From: Terriglobales bacterium
GTDB lineage: Bacteria; Acidobacteriota; Terriglobia; Terriglobales; Acidobacteriaceae
Reading direction: 5' to 3'
Length of the DNA stretch: 26,487 nucleotides
Assembly (NCBI GenBank): GCA_019241735.1
Contig: JAFAWN010000114.1
Location: 1-26,487 of the forward strand
This document shows positions 8,769 through 18,347 of this stretch, piece after piece (the stretch's first letter is position 1; each line of letters begins with the position of its first letter). The position numbers were made by a program, and so were the translations under genes. The notes below the pieces were generated by a model. The model worked only from the letters and a program-made list of their open reading frames with translations. It did no database searches and was not told where the DNA came from.

Positions 8769-8843
8769 TGGTGGGCGCTATAGGATTCGAACCTATGACT
8801 TCCACCGTGTGAAGGTGGCACTCTACCGCTGAGTTAAGCGCCC
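8769..8843 (-). tRNA. tRNA-Val (anticodon CAC), CCA encoded
   Basis: Reverse complement is GGGCGCTTAACTCAGCGGTAGAGTGCCACCTTCACACGGTGGAAGTCATAGGTTCGAATCCTATAGCGCCCACCA. Acceptor stem, D arm, CCACC/GGTGG anticodon stem with TTCACAC loop and TTCGAAT T-loop are all present. Confidence 0.98.
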
Positions 8844-8867
8844 GCGTTTTCGGAATCAGCGCATACA

Positions 8868-8876
8868 ATTCTATCA
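8868..8876 (-). promoter_or_regulatory. Putative extended -10 promoter (TGaTAGAAT) for tRNA-Val
   Basis: TGN-TANAAT match about 25 bp upstream of the mature tRNA 5' end. No good -35 seen. Confidence 0.55.
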
Positions 8877-8998
8877 GCGCTTCATTCCCTTGGCGGTGGG
8901 CAGTACTGGCGCGGATGGATCCTCGCGCCTTCCCGCAGCCGCTGGTACCATGTTCACTCAGTCGCCGCTGAGTCATCTGCCCGGTCGCGAGGAGAATT

Positions 8999-11113
8999 AT
9001 GTTACGCCGCACGCCCCTGATCGCCATCATCTTTTATCTTTGCGCGTCGCAACTTCAGGCTGCCGAGAAGCCGCGACTCTCCATTGATGAATTCTTCAAC
9101 TACGTGGATATCAGTAAGGTTGAATTGTCCCCCGATGGACATTCAGTTGTCATCGCCACCACCCGTGCCGACTGGAAACAAAACATCTTCCGTCACGATC
9201 TTTGGTTGTACCGGGATTCTGGCGCCCAGAGCAGCCTCATTCAGCTCACTCAATCTGGCCACGACACCGAGCCGCAGTGGTCTCCGGATGGCAAATGGAT
9301 CGCCTTACTTTCCGAACGCAAGATGGAATCAAAAGATCCAGATTCGGACAACTCACACGATTCCGAAGACACTAAGCAGCTTTATCTCGTCTCACCTTCC
9401 GGCGGGGAAGGTTTTCCTATCACCCAGGGCGAAGAAGAACTGCACTCATTCGGGTGGTCGTCTGATTCCCGAACGCTATATTTTTCCACCCGTCAGCCGT
9501 GGACAAAGGACCAAAAAGAGGAGAACCGGAAAAAGTGGAAAGACACTATTCAATTTCGTGCCGGCGAACTTGGTGACACCATTTTCGCTTTGGATGTCTC
9601 TGCCGCCATCTCGCGCCGCCGCGATTTGCCAGGCAAGCCGCAAACCGGAAAAGACGAAGAAGATAAAGAAGATGTAACCCCTGGCGCTCGGCCCGTAGCC
9701 GCCACCCCGTGGCACGTGGCGCAGATAGCCGTGTCGCACGATGGCAAAAAACTCGCGTTCATCACTACATCCGTCTCCGAGCGCCAGGAAAAAATTGCAG
9801 AGTTTGAAATCTATGAAGTCCCGCTCGCCGATGCCTCGCCGCAGCGCCCGCCCATCCGCCTCACCGAGAACAATGCCGTGGAACAAGATCTGCGGTGGTC
9901 GCTGGACGACAAACATATATTCTTCACCGTTGAGGTCGGTGACGTTTCCGGCCCCTATCGCGACCTTCAACCTCATCTCTATTGGCTCGATCCCGAAACC
10001 CACGCCGTCACGCAGTGGAGCAAAGATTTTTCTGGGGCAATCGATAGTTACAGCGTCACCGGCAACGGGGTGGTCGTTTCGGGCCAGTTGGGTACGGAGG
10101 CCTCGGTTTACACTGCGAACTCCCCAGCCGGGACTCTGGCACAATCCGATTCCTGGCCCGGCACCTACGAGCATATTTCTACCGCGTCTCACTCACCGCG
10201 CGTCGCAGTTGTCTACTCATCTCTGGAGAAACCGGCTGAAGTCTACCTCGCGGACGACAGCTCTCTACACAACGCGCGGAAAATTACATCGTTCAATCAA
10301 TTGTTTACTGAACGCAATCTTCCGCAAGGCAAGCCCTACCGCTGGACCGCCGACGACGGAACCATGGTCGAGGGCATGCTGATCTATCCGCCGGGAAAGT
10401 TTGAGCAGAAAAATCTTCCCCTATTCACCTTGATCCACGGCGGCCCTGCCTCCGCCGACGGCAACCATTTTGAAGCTGACTGGTATCAGTGGGACCGGCT
10501 GGCTGCCACCAACGGATGGCTGGTTTTTGAACCCAATTACCGCGGATCAACCGGCTATGGCGATAAATTTCTCCTCGGCATCGTGCCGCAAATCGTTTCC
10601 CGCCCCGGCAAGGATATTCTCGAAGGAGTTGACGCCCTCGTCCGCGACGGCATCGCAGATGCCAACCGCCTCGCGGTTGGCGGATACAGCTACGGCGGAT
10701 ACATGACCAACTGGCTCATCACTCAAACCACGCGCTTTAAGGCGGCCGTCACCGGCGCCGGAGCGGTGGAGCACGTCGGCAACTGGGGCAACGATGACAC
10801 CACATTCGACGACGCGTATTTTCTCGGGGGCCTGCCTTGGGAAGCAGCCGACAGGTATCACGATGAAGCAGCCATCTTTCAGATCAACAAAGTGAAGACG
10901 CCTACCCACATGGTGGCTGGCGCGGACGACATCCGGGTTGCGGTGATGGAAGATTATCTACTCGACCGCGCCCTGCACGAGCTCGGCGTCCCCAGCACGC
11001 TCCTGATTTTCCCCGGGGAAGGGCACTCGCTCGCTAAAAATCCCTGGCATGGAAAAATTAAGGTCCGCGAAGAGCTGGAATGGCTGAAGAAATACGGAGG
11101 GGCCACTCAGTAA
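8999..11113 (+). CDS. Secreted S9 family serine peptidase (prolyl oligopeptidase / acylaminoacyl peptidase-like)
   Basis: Signal-peptide-like N-terminus, beta-propeller repeats (PQWSPDG), IHGGP, NYRGSTGYG, nucleophile GYSYGG, Asp in DDIRV and His in GEGHS. GAGGAG RBS. Confidence 0.95.
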   Translation: MLRRTPLIAIIFYLCASQLQAAEKPRLSIDEFFNYVDISKVELSPDGHSVVIATTRADWKQNIFRHDLWLYRDSGAQSSLIQLTQSGHDTEPQWSPDGKWIALLSERKMESKDPDSDNSHDSEDTKQLYLVSPSGGEGFPITQGEEELHSFGWSSDSRTLYFSTRQPWTKDQKEENRKKWKDTIQFRAGELGDTIFALDVSAAISRRRDLPGKPQTGKDEEDKEDVTPGARPVAATPWHVAQIAVSHDGKKLAFITTSVSERQEKIAEFEIYEVPLADASPQRPPIRLTENNAVEQDLRWSLDDKHIFFTVEVGDVSGPYRDLQPHLYWLDPETHAVTQWSKDFSGAIDSYSVTGNGVVVSGQLGTEASVYTANSPAGTLAQSDSWPGTYEHISTASHSPRVAVVYSSLEKPAEVYLADDSSLHNARKITSFNQLFTERNLPQGKPYRWTADDGTMVEGMLIYPPGKFEQKNLPLFTLIHGGPASADGNHFEADWYQWDRLAATNGWLVFEPNYRGSTGYGDKFLLGIVPQIVSRPGKDILEGVDALVRDGIADANRLAVGGYSYGGYMTNWLITQTTRFKAAVTGAGAVEHVGNWGNDDTTFDDAYFLGGLPWEAADRYHDEAAIFQINKVKTPTHMVAGADDIRVAVMEDYLLDRALHELGVPSTLLIFPGEGHSLAKNPWHGKIKVREELEWLKKYGGATQ

Positions 11114-11211
11114 ATAGTTCACGCCGGGATATAGATCACTGCAGCCCGCGACCACCGAATTAACAGCTCGCCAGGACATCTTCCGGTTGCCACTACCGGG
11201 ACTAAACCTGC

Positions 11212-13728
11212 CTAACGCGCTGCCAATTTTTCGAATATTCGGCGCGCCTGGTCAAACTTCCTGACCACGTTCTGCTTCTCTTCATCTGAATTCCACAAGC
11301 CGCTGGACTGCGCTCCAGCGATGACCCGGCTGGTCCAGTCCACGAAATATTGAGCGTCTGCCGCGATGGTCCATCGTGACCCGGGCATGTTTATGTAAAT
11401 CGGGCTCGTGGTTGCGTATGGATAAATATCGAGCACCGGAAACTCCGCCCGGTCGCTGAATGCCCGCAACAAACACCAGCCTCCGCGATCAATCGTAAGC
11501 CGGTCTTCCAGATACGCCGTCGTTCGATCCGTGCTTAGTGGCAGCTCCCGTGCCAGTCTTCCGTTGCAAATAATCTGCAGATGGTCCACCGGAACAATGG
11601 AACCCATCGCCGCCGTAAGAGTTAAAGTTTGTGCTGCCGCCACGCGTACTTCTCCGCCCGGAGACTGCCCTCCAAGCTCGAAGCGAAGCAGCGGCCCGTT
11701 AGTCGCGAATGTTCTCCCAGACTTGATCGCACGCAGCCAAGACTGAATATCGAGCGCTCCCGGGGGAACTTGCGCGTACACGCGATTCAATCCTGCCGGC
11801 CCCCGGAGCGATGCAAAGTTCCCCATGAAGTCGGTCCCTGCGGCGGCAGGCAGCCGAAATCCGCAATTTAGCAGCTTGTACCATACCTCCGCCGTGGACT
11901 TATGATCGGAAAATCCCAGCACCTCGATGTAATCCACTTTGCCGAGCGCCACATCTATTGGCAGCTCGTTCGTGATCTCCTCCTTCGCCGGATCCGGCAG
12001 CTCGTCGAGAGGATGCACGTACCCCACCAGCGCGCCCTGATCATGCGCCAGATCCGCAACGTCCGCGTTTGATGGAAACAAACTTGCAGCCGCAGTGTTC
12101 GGATATCCTGCATACCCCGGCAAAATCAGATTCCGCGTCAGATTCAAAAGCCCGAGATGCCCCCAATAGCTGGTATGAAATTCCTGCGAGTGCTGAATTA
12201 TCTGTTCCGCGGTAGACGCTGGATCCAGCGCGGTCGAAAAATAAGCGATATCAGGAAACCGTTGTTCTTTATTCACCACCAGGTTCTCAATGAAACTCAG
12301 ATTTTCCGCCGCGGCCTGCTCCACCAGATGCGCCGGAGTGTTGCGGTAAGTTCCGGCATAGTTCATGTGGACGTGCACATCCCCACTCGCCCACTTATCT
12401 TCAGAATGTTTCCACGCGACGGGGCGCAATTTGATCTCGACTTCGGTTGTCTTCCCCGGCTCGATTTCTACTCTCTGCCGCTCGAACTGAAATTCAAACC
12501 CGCGCATTACGCCGATTTCAACCCTTCCAGACGGCACCTTAAGCTCGGACTCCCCGTTGCTATCGAAGTAATGCGCTTCAAACGCGCGCTCATGGCGATC
12601 GAAACTGTCATCGGCCGCAATCCATGCGGTGTCTGGCGCATAAGCGCGGCCATCTTCTGCAGTAACAAAAAGTCTGGACGGGCATAGCTTCCCGTCGGGA
12701 TGCAACACCCGAATCCTCAACTGCCCCATGGGTCTTAGGTACTCTCGGCTCCGCGCAACTATCTCAGTCTGCGCCCCGCCCGGAATGGACTGCACCCACA
12801 AAGAAGTGTTGCCGCTGCGATTCGATATAAACGCGATTTTGGATCCGTCCGGCGCCCAGCGGGGATTAATGTTATCGAAATCGCCGTATGAAATCGGAAA
12901 CGCATCGCCGCCGCTTGCCGGCATCACCCACAGCTGGTGCCATGCCCGCCCCATATAAGACGCATATACCATCCGGGTCCCGTCCGGCGAAAAGTCAGGC
13001 CGGGCCTTCCAGTTGGTCTCTTCATAATGGATTTCGTGCCCCTCGGCTCCAGGTTGCGCCTTCATTCTCCAAAAGCCTCCGGTGCCGTGAATGTGCCCGC
13101 GATTCGAAACGAACAAAATCTCAGAGCCGTCCCGCGACCATACCGGGCTGATCTCATGATCAAACCTGCTGTAGTAATAACGGGGAAGAGGGCTGACATG
13201 TTCCGCCGTCAACTGCCCGACGTTGCTGAGTTCACCGTTCTGAAAGCGTCCCACAAAAATATGGAAGTGTCCGTGATACGAGGTCGAAACGAACGCCAGC
13301 CGGGTTCCATCAGGAGAGAAGCGCGGTTCGATATTGACGGCTCCTCCGGCGGTTAATTGCCGCGCCCGCCGCGTCGCCAACTCCAGCGCCCACAGCTCCA
13401 GTGCATCGTGATCGTAACGTGTGAAAACCAGCCAGCGCCCATCCGGCGAGCAATCCGGTTGGTAATTGTAGCCGGGCCCGGCGATCAGTTCTTCAGCTTT
13501 TGGGCTGTCAATTCTTTGCTGCCACAATGACCCTTCCATTGAGTAATACAGCGTCTTCGAATCCCGCGACCACGCCGCCGCGCTTGGTCCGCTCGTAAGT
13601 TGCGGCAGGTACATCTCGCGGTAGTAATAGGGGTGCGGAAGATTAATTTGCTTCAGCACCGGGTCTCGCTGCGCCAACACGCTCATACATGAAACCACAA
13701 CAAAACTGTAAAAACGCAGGATGCGCAA
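11212..13728 (-). CDS. Secreted TolB-like beta-propeller (PD40 repeats) fused to CehA/McbA-family PHP-type metallohydrolase
   Basis: PD40-type repeats (PDCSPDG, PRFSPDG, PVWSRDG, PDFSPDG, PRWAPDG). PHP metal motifs GDVHVH, HSQE, YVHP and AAGTDF. TTG start with GGAG 7 nt upstream. Confidence 0.85.
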   Translation of the reverse strand: MRILRFYSFVVVSCMSVLAQRDPVLKQINLPHPYYYREMYLPQLTSGPSAAAWSRDSKTLYYSMEGSLWQQRIDSPKAEELIAGPGYNYQPDCSPDGRWLVFTRYDHDALELWALELATRRARQLTAGGAVNIEPRFSPDGTRLAFVSTSYHGHFHIFVGRFQNGELSNVGQLTAEHVSPLPRYYYSRFDHEISPVWSRDGSEILFVSNRGHIHGTGGFWRMKAQPGAEGHEIHYEETNWKARPDFSPDGTRMVYASYMGRAWHQLWVMPASGGDAFPISYGDFDNINPRWAPDGSKIAFISNRSGNTSLWVQSIPGGAQTEIVARSREYLRPMGQLRIRVLHPDGKLCPSRLFVTAEDGRAYAPDTAWIAADDSFDRHERAFEAHYFDSNGESELKVPSGRVEIGVMRGFEFQFERQRVEIEPGKTTEVEIKLRPVAWKHSEDKWASGDVHVHMNYAGTYRNTPAHLVEQAAAENLSFIENLVVNKEQRFPDIAYFSTALDPASTAEQIIQHSQEFHTSYWGHLGLLNLTRNLILPGYAGYPNTAAASLFPSNADVADLAHDQGALVGYVHPLDELPDPAKEEITNELPIDVALGKVDYIEVLGFSDHKSTAEVWYKLLNCGFRLPAAAGTDFMGNFASLRGPAGLNRVYAQVPPGALDIQSWLRAIKSGRTFATNGPLLRFELGGQSPGGEVRVAAAQTLTLTAAMGSIVPVDHLQIICNGRLARELPLSTDRTTAYLEDRLTIDRGGWCLLRAFSDRAEFPVLDIYPYATTSPIYINMPGSRWTIAADAQYFVDWTSRVIAGAQSSGLWNSDEEKQNVVRKFDQARRIFEKLAAR

Positions 13729-13803
13729 GGCTCAACTCCGGAAAAGCGGGCGAGGTTCGGTTGGCAGTGTATCGCGCAACCGGCTCATCCGCGGTGAGAT
13801 TTT

Positions 13804-13832
13804 TTGCAGTTTGCTTCGCCGCAACTTAAGAT
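13804..13832 (+). promoter_or_regulatory. Putative sigma70-type promoter for the Rieske oxygenase gene
   Basis: TTGCAG (13804-13809), 17-bp spacer, TAAGAT (13827-13832). The implied start site lies just before the GGAG RBS at 13840. Confidence 0.5.
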
Positions 13833-13851
13833 ATGTAACGGAGTGTTCTTG

Positions 13852-14949
13852 ATGATTTCTGAGGTCCAAAGCCCCGCCCAGACTCTGCCCGGGCGTTATT
13901 ACACTGACCCTGAGCTTTTCAAAGCGGAGGTCGAGCGTTTTTATTGCCGCACTTGGGTGTGCGCCGGCCGTGCCGGCCAAATTCCCAATGCCGGAGATTA
14001 CTTTCTACGTGAGGTTGCCGGAGAGAGCATTCTTATCACCCGAACAAACACCGGCGCGATTAAGGCCTACTTCAATGTTTGCCGGCACCGCGGCACCCGC
14101 ATCTGCGCCACTGCCGAGGGCGCCTTCCCCGGCCGCATCCAGTGCCCTTATCACGGGTGGACTTACAGCCTGGAAGGGAAATTAATCGGCGCGCCACACA
14201 TGGACCACATATGCCGGGAAGACTATCCCCTCAACCCGGTTCAAGCCGACACATGGGATGGACACATATTCATCAACCTGAATTCCGACGGACAGTCTTT
14301 GCGGGAACAGCTTGCCGACCTCCCGGATAGATTCACGAACTGGCACATGGGCGACCTGCGGCTGTACAAACGCATGGTGTATGAGGTGAAAGCAAACTGG
14401 AAGCTGCTCATCCTGAATTACAACGAGTGCCTGCACTGTCCGGTGCTGCATCCCACGCTGAATAAATTAACCAGCTACACCGGCGCCGAGAATGTTGCTC
14501 CTCATCCCGCCTACATTGGGGGACAGATGGGCTTCAAAGATGGGGCGAGAACGATGAGCATGGATGGAAAGTTACGCCGCGACTATCTGCCATCTCTGAC
14601 TGAAGAGGAGCGGGAGAAAGTCTGTTATTACGCTATTTACCCAAATTTGCTGCTGAGCCTGCATCCGGATTACATGATGACGTACACCTTATGGCCGGAG
14701 GCAGTGAACCGCACGCAAGTAATCTGCGAGTGGCATTTCCATCCAGATCAACTGGCACAGCCCGGCTTTTACGCCGAGGATGCAGTCGATTTCTGGGACC
14801 TCACTAACAAGGAAGATTGGTCGATTTCCGAACTTTCGCAGCTGGGGATCAGTTCTCGCGCCTACAAACCTGGCCCCTATTCTTCCCGAGAATCATTGCT
14901 GCATGCGTTCGATGAAACCGTCCTCGAGCGTGAAAAGCAATCGAAGTAA
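13852..14949 (+). CDS. Rieske non-heme iron oxygenase alpha subunit (choline monooxygenase/GbcA-like group)
   Basis: Rieske ligands CRHR and CPYH, mononuclear Fe motif YNECLHCPVLHP and distal EDW. ATG 13852 has a GGAG RBS; the ORF-track TTG at 13804 overlaps the predicted promoter. Confidence 0.92.
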   Translation: MISEVQSPAQTLPGRYYTDPELFKAEVERFYCRTWVCAGRAGQIPNAGDYFLREVAGESILITRTNTGAIKAYFNVCRHRGTRICATAEGAFPGRIQCPYHGWTYSLEGKLIGAPHMDHICREDYPLNPVQADTWDGHIFINLNSDGQSLREQLADLPDRFTNWHMGDLRLYKRMVYEVKANWKLLILNYNECLHCPVLHPTLNKLTSYTGAENVAPHPAYIGGQMGFKDGARTMSMDGKLRRDYLPSLTEEEREKVCYYAIYPNLLLSLHPDYMMTYTLWPEAVNRTQVICEWHFHPDQLAQPGFYAEDAVDFWDLTNKEDWSISELSQLGISSRAYKPGPYSSRESLLHAFDETVLEREKQSK

Positions 14950-15031
14950 GTGCCGTCCTCTCCGCAGGTTACGCTCGGCGAATGACCTCGGTAATGTTTT
15001 AGTAACTCGACCCCGCCTATAAAATCGGCTC

Positions 15032-16768
15032 GTGGAAGTGCGTCTTTTAGCGCGCGACAGGGTTTGGCTCGCCCTCGCTTGGACTGCTGTGTGCGTGGCC
15101 GCACTCCTTCCTTTAGCGTTCAGCCGCGGCTATGTTCTCACTTCTTATGGCGATGTTGTGCAGTGTTTTCTTCTTCTTTCAGTCTTCATCGCCTGCGCCC
15201 GAAACGTAAAAGCGAGCAAGCGGCAGTCCCGGTTTTTCTGGCTGCTCATGCTGTCCGGATTCGGTCTCTGGCTGTTTTCCCAACTGCTGTGGACTTACTT
15301 CGAAGTCTTTCTACATCGTGAAGTTCCGAACCCCTTTGTCGGGGACGTGTTTCTGTTTCTTCACCTTGTTCCAATAATGGCAGCGCTCGCTACCCAGCCA
15401 TTCGCCAAGCGGGTGAGCCGCGTCGGCGAATTGGGTGCCATCGATTTCGTGCTCTTACTGGTCTGGTGGCTTTATCTCTACTGCTTCGTGGTAATTCCGT
15501 GGCAATACATCCATCCCAGCGAAGGTCTTTATGGCCGCAGTTTTGATCTGGTTTACTTCGTCGAGCATGCGGTCTTGCTTTCTGTGGCGGGCTACATCTG
15601 GCATCGCAGTACCGGGCATTGGCGCATCATCTACGGTCGCGTCCTGGCCGCTAGCATTCTTTATGCCCTGGGCTCAGTGGCCGCAAGTCTCGCCATTGAT
15701 TTCAACCGGTACTATACCGGCAGCCTTTACGATATTCCTTTGAACTCCGCTATGGCGTGTTTCTTTGGGATGGCGGTCTTGGCGAGCCGCTTGTCATTCT
15801 CCAGCGAAACCGCAGATGTCGAACCCCGGAAAAGGGCGCAGTGGATTGAATGGCTGGCTACAATCACGATCCTTTCTCTCCCGATTTTTGCTGCCTGGAC
15901 CCAATTTGTGAGCCACGCGCCCCTGGAAGTCAGAAATTTCCGCACCCTGCTAACGCTGGCCATCATGATGGTGATGGGCGGACTGTTGGCGGTAAAACAA
16001 CACCGGCTGAGCAAGCATCTCGCTGCCGCAAATGAGGAACTGGAGGAGGCCTCACTCACCGATCTGCTGACTGGCGTGCGAAACCGGCGTTTCCTCGCAA
16101 CCACGATCGAAAGCGATATCCGCCAGGTCGTACGCTCCTTTACTGCCGCTCCTGGGGCCCACACCCCCTCCAATCGGGATGTGATTTTCTATTTTATTGA
16201 TGTCGACCACTTTAAAGAGGTAAACGATTTCTACGGGCACGCCGCTGGAGACCAGGTCTTGGTGGAAATTGCGCGGCGAATAAGTTCCGCCATCCGTCAC
16301 TCAGATTTTTTGGTGCGCTGGGGCGGAGAGGAATTCCTGGTGATGTCGCGCTGCACCAACCGCAATGGCGCTGAGATCCTCGCCTCCCGGATTCTTCACG
16401 CTATCGGCAAAGATGAGTTCGGACCATTCGACGGTCAGCGGCTGCGCCGGACATGCTCTATAGGATGGGCGGTTTTCCCGTGGTTTGTGGGCGAACCCGA
16501 AGCCGTCCATTATGAAAAGGTGTTACAACTCGCGGACTCTGCGTTGTATCAAGCAAAAAATGATGGCCGCAACAAAGCCATCGGAATCTTGCCAGCCACA
16601 GTGTCGAGCCCACTGCCGGGAACTTTCGAATATGACAACGGAACCCTGCCGGCACGGAAGATTGTGACGTTGGGGCCCGGCTATGAACCTGAAACGCTGG
16701 AAAAGAACCCTGCCGGGCCGGATTTAACGCCATCCGCTCTCGCCGCCGCTGCATCCCAAGATGCATGA
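15032..16768 (+). CDS. Multi-pass membrane diguanylate cyclase (GGDEF domain)
   Basis: About 10 hydrophobic segments, then TDLLTGVRNRR, IDVDHFKEVNDFYGHAAGD, RHSD I-site, RWGGEEF, SIG and ADSALYQAKNDGRN. Confidence 0.93.
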   Translation: MEVRLLARDRVWLALAWTAVCVAALLPLAFSRGYVLTSYGDVVQCFLLLSVFIACARNVKASKRQSRFFWLLMLSGFGLWLFSQLLWTYFEVFLHREVPNPFVGDVFLFLHLVPIMAALATQPFAKRVSRVGELGAIDFVLLLVWWLYLYCFVVIPWQYIHPSEGLYGRSFDLVYFVEHAVLLSVAGYIWHRSTGHWRIIYGRVLAASILYALGSVAASLAIDFNRYYTGSLYDIPLNSAMACFFGMAVLASRLSFSSETADVEPRKRAQWIEWLATITILSLPIFAAWTQFVSHAPLEVRNFRTLLTLAIMMVMGGLLAVKQHRLSKHLAAANEELEEASLTDLLTGVRNRRFLATTIESDIRQVVRSFTAAPGAHTPSNRDVIFYFIDVDHFKEVNDFYGHAAGDQVLVEIARRISSAIRHSDFLVRWGGEEFLVMSRCTNRNGAEILASRILHAIGKDEFGPFDGQRLRRTCSIGWAVFPWFVGEPEAVHYEKVLQLADSALYQAKNDGRNKAIGILPATVSSPLPGTFEYDNGTLPARKIVTLGPGYEPETLEKNPAGPDLTPSALAAAASQDA

Positions 16769-16960
16769 AGCGCGCCCCCGTTTTATCTTCGCGGGCCCAT
16801 TCTATTTTTCATCGGGGAGACCCCAGGGATCGCATTTGAAGTCTTGCTGTTGTCTTCCAAGCCCACTTGAGAGAGACTGGGTCGCCGTTTCATAGAAACG
16901 ACGCGGGCGTAAAACTAACGACACTCAAGCCCAAAAAAAAGAGCGGCCTGCAATCGCCAC

Positions 16961-18328
16961 ATGACGATGCCCACTAACGCGGCGGCTCCGAAGACTGCCG
17001 GAAAACTTCTGCGCGTTCTGGGCGTAGGTTTCGGTTTAGCGGTAATTATTGGCAACACCATCGGCGCCGGAATTCTGCGAACGCCCGGAGACGTCGCCAC
17101 TTACCTGCCGACCCCGGCGCTGTTTCTCGGCGTCTGGGTGGTCGGCGGCTTCTATGCTCTGTTGGGGGCCATCTCCCTCTCCGAGCTGGGGACAATGCTG
17201 CCGCGCTCCGGCGGCTACTATGTATTCGCGCGCCGGGCGCTGGGCGAGTATGCAGCATTCACCGTCGGTTGGACTGACTGGCTGGCGCAATGCGGCACCA
17301 CTGCCGCCGTCGCCATCGTTATCGCAGAGTACGGCGGAGAACTCTTCCGCCCGCTCGCCGGCCATACGGTTCTCACAGCTTCCAGCGTGACCGTCGCGGT
17401 TGCCGTACTTCAGTGGCATGGCATCCGCACTGGAAGCATGGTGCAGAATGTGACCACGGTCCTCAAGACGGTTGCATTCCTCGCGTTGGTTGCCGCCGCC
17501 TTTATTTTTAGACACGGCAGCGGATTGTCCTCCGGAATCCCGCTGAGCGCACTTCGCGGGCACTCGATGTGGGCCGCCGCAATTCTTGCGCTGCAGGCGG
17601 TTATCTATTCTTACGACGGCTGGTACGGTGTGATTTATTTCGGCGAGGAAGTTCGGGACCCGGCGCATGATATTCCGCGCTCCATGATTTATGGAGTGTT
17701 GTCTTTGACCGCGATTTACCTGCTGGTAAACGTGGCGTTGTTGCACGTCTTGAGCATCCCGCAGATAGCCGGGCAGACCATGGCTCTGGGCACGGCCACT
17801 GCCGCTATTTTCGGGGCCCGGGGCCACACTATTCTGCAAATCCTGATGATTGTCTCGATGCTGAGCGGCATCAACGCCTATCACCTCATGGCGAGCCGGA
17901 TTCCTTTCGCCATGAGCAAGGATGGCCTCCTGTCGCGTCACGCGTCGAAGGTGAACCTCGGCGGGACCCCAACCGTGGGACTGTTTCTAAGCACGATCGT
18001 AGCCTTAACATTTATCCTGAGCGGGAAATTTGAGATCGTGCTGTCGGTCACCGCGTTTTACTTTGTCGCCGACTATCTCATGGCCTACACTGCGGTCTTT
18101 GTTCTGCGCTGGCGGGAGCCGCATGCCAACCGCCCGTTCCGCGCCTGGGGCTACCCTTGGACAACCGGACTGGCATGGATTGGCTCGCTTGGCTTTCTGG
18201 TGGCCGCGATAAAAGAAGATGCCCGCAACAGCGAATACGCCTTGATTTCGCTGGCATTGAGCTATCCGCTTTACCGGCTCACGCGGGTGATATTGCGGAG
18301 ACAAAACAAGACCGTCGAAGCCGCATAG
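16961..18328 (+). CDS. APC family amino acid/polyamine permease
   Basis: Shows GNTIGAGILRTPG, ELGTMLPRSGGYY, YSYDGW and RPFRAWGYP, with about 12 TM segments. Confidence 0.95.
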   Translation: MTMPTNAAAPKTAGKLLRVLGVGFGLAVIIGNTIGAGILRTPGDVATYLPTPALFLGVWVVGGFYALLGAISLSELGTMLPRSGGYYVFARRALGEYAAFTVGWTDWLAQCGTTAAVAIVIAEYGGELFRPLAGHTVLTASSVTVAVAVLQWHGIRTGSMVQNVTTVLKTVAFLALVAAAFIFRHGSGLSSGIPLSALRGHSMWAAAILALQAVIYSYDGWYGVIYFGEEVRDPAHDIPRSMIYGVLSLTAIYLLVNVALLHVLSIPQIAGQTMALGTATAAIFGARGHTILQILMIVSMLSGINAYHLMASRIPFAMSKDGLLSRHASKVNLGGTPTVGLFLSTIVALTFILSGKFEIVLSVTAFYFVADYLMAYTAVFVLRWREPHANRPFRAWGYPWTTGLAWIGSLGFLVAAIKEDARNSEYALISLALSYPLYRLTRVILRRQNKTVEAA

Positions 18329-18347
18329 GATTGCAAGGATCCCGAAA

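Noticed and set aside
8689-9030. 113-aa minus-strand ORF
   Set aside because: It reads through the tRNA-Val gene (HTVEVIGSNPIAPT is the translated tRNA).
9476-10192. 238-aa antisense ORF in the S9 peptidase
   Set aside because: Shadow of a well-supported gene.
16886-16900. CGTTTC-ATA-GAAACG palindrome upstream of the permease
   Set aside because: A 6-bp arm palindrome is expected by chance, and there is no second copy or cognate regulator.
17036-17941. 301-aa antisense ORF in the APC permease
   Set aside because: Typical stop-poor reverse frame of a GC-rich membrane-protein gene, with no motifs.
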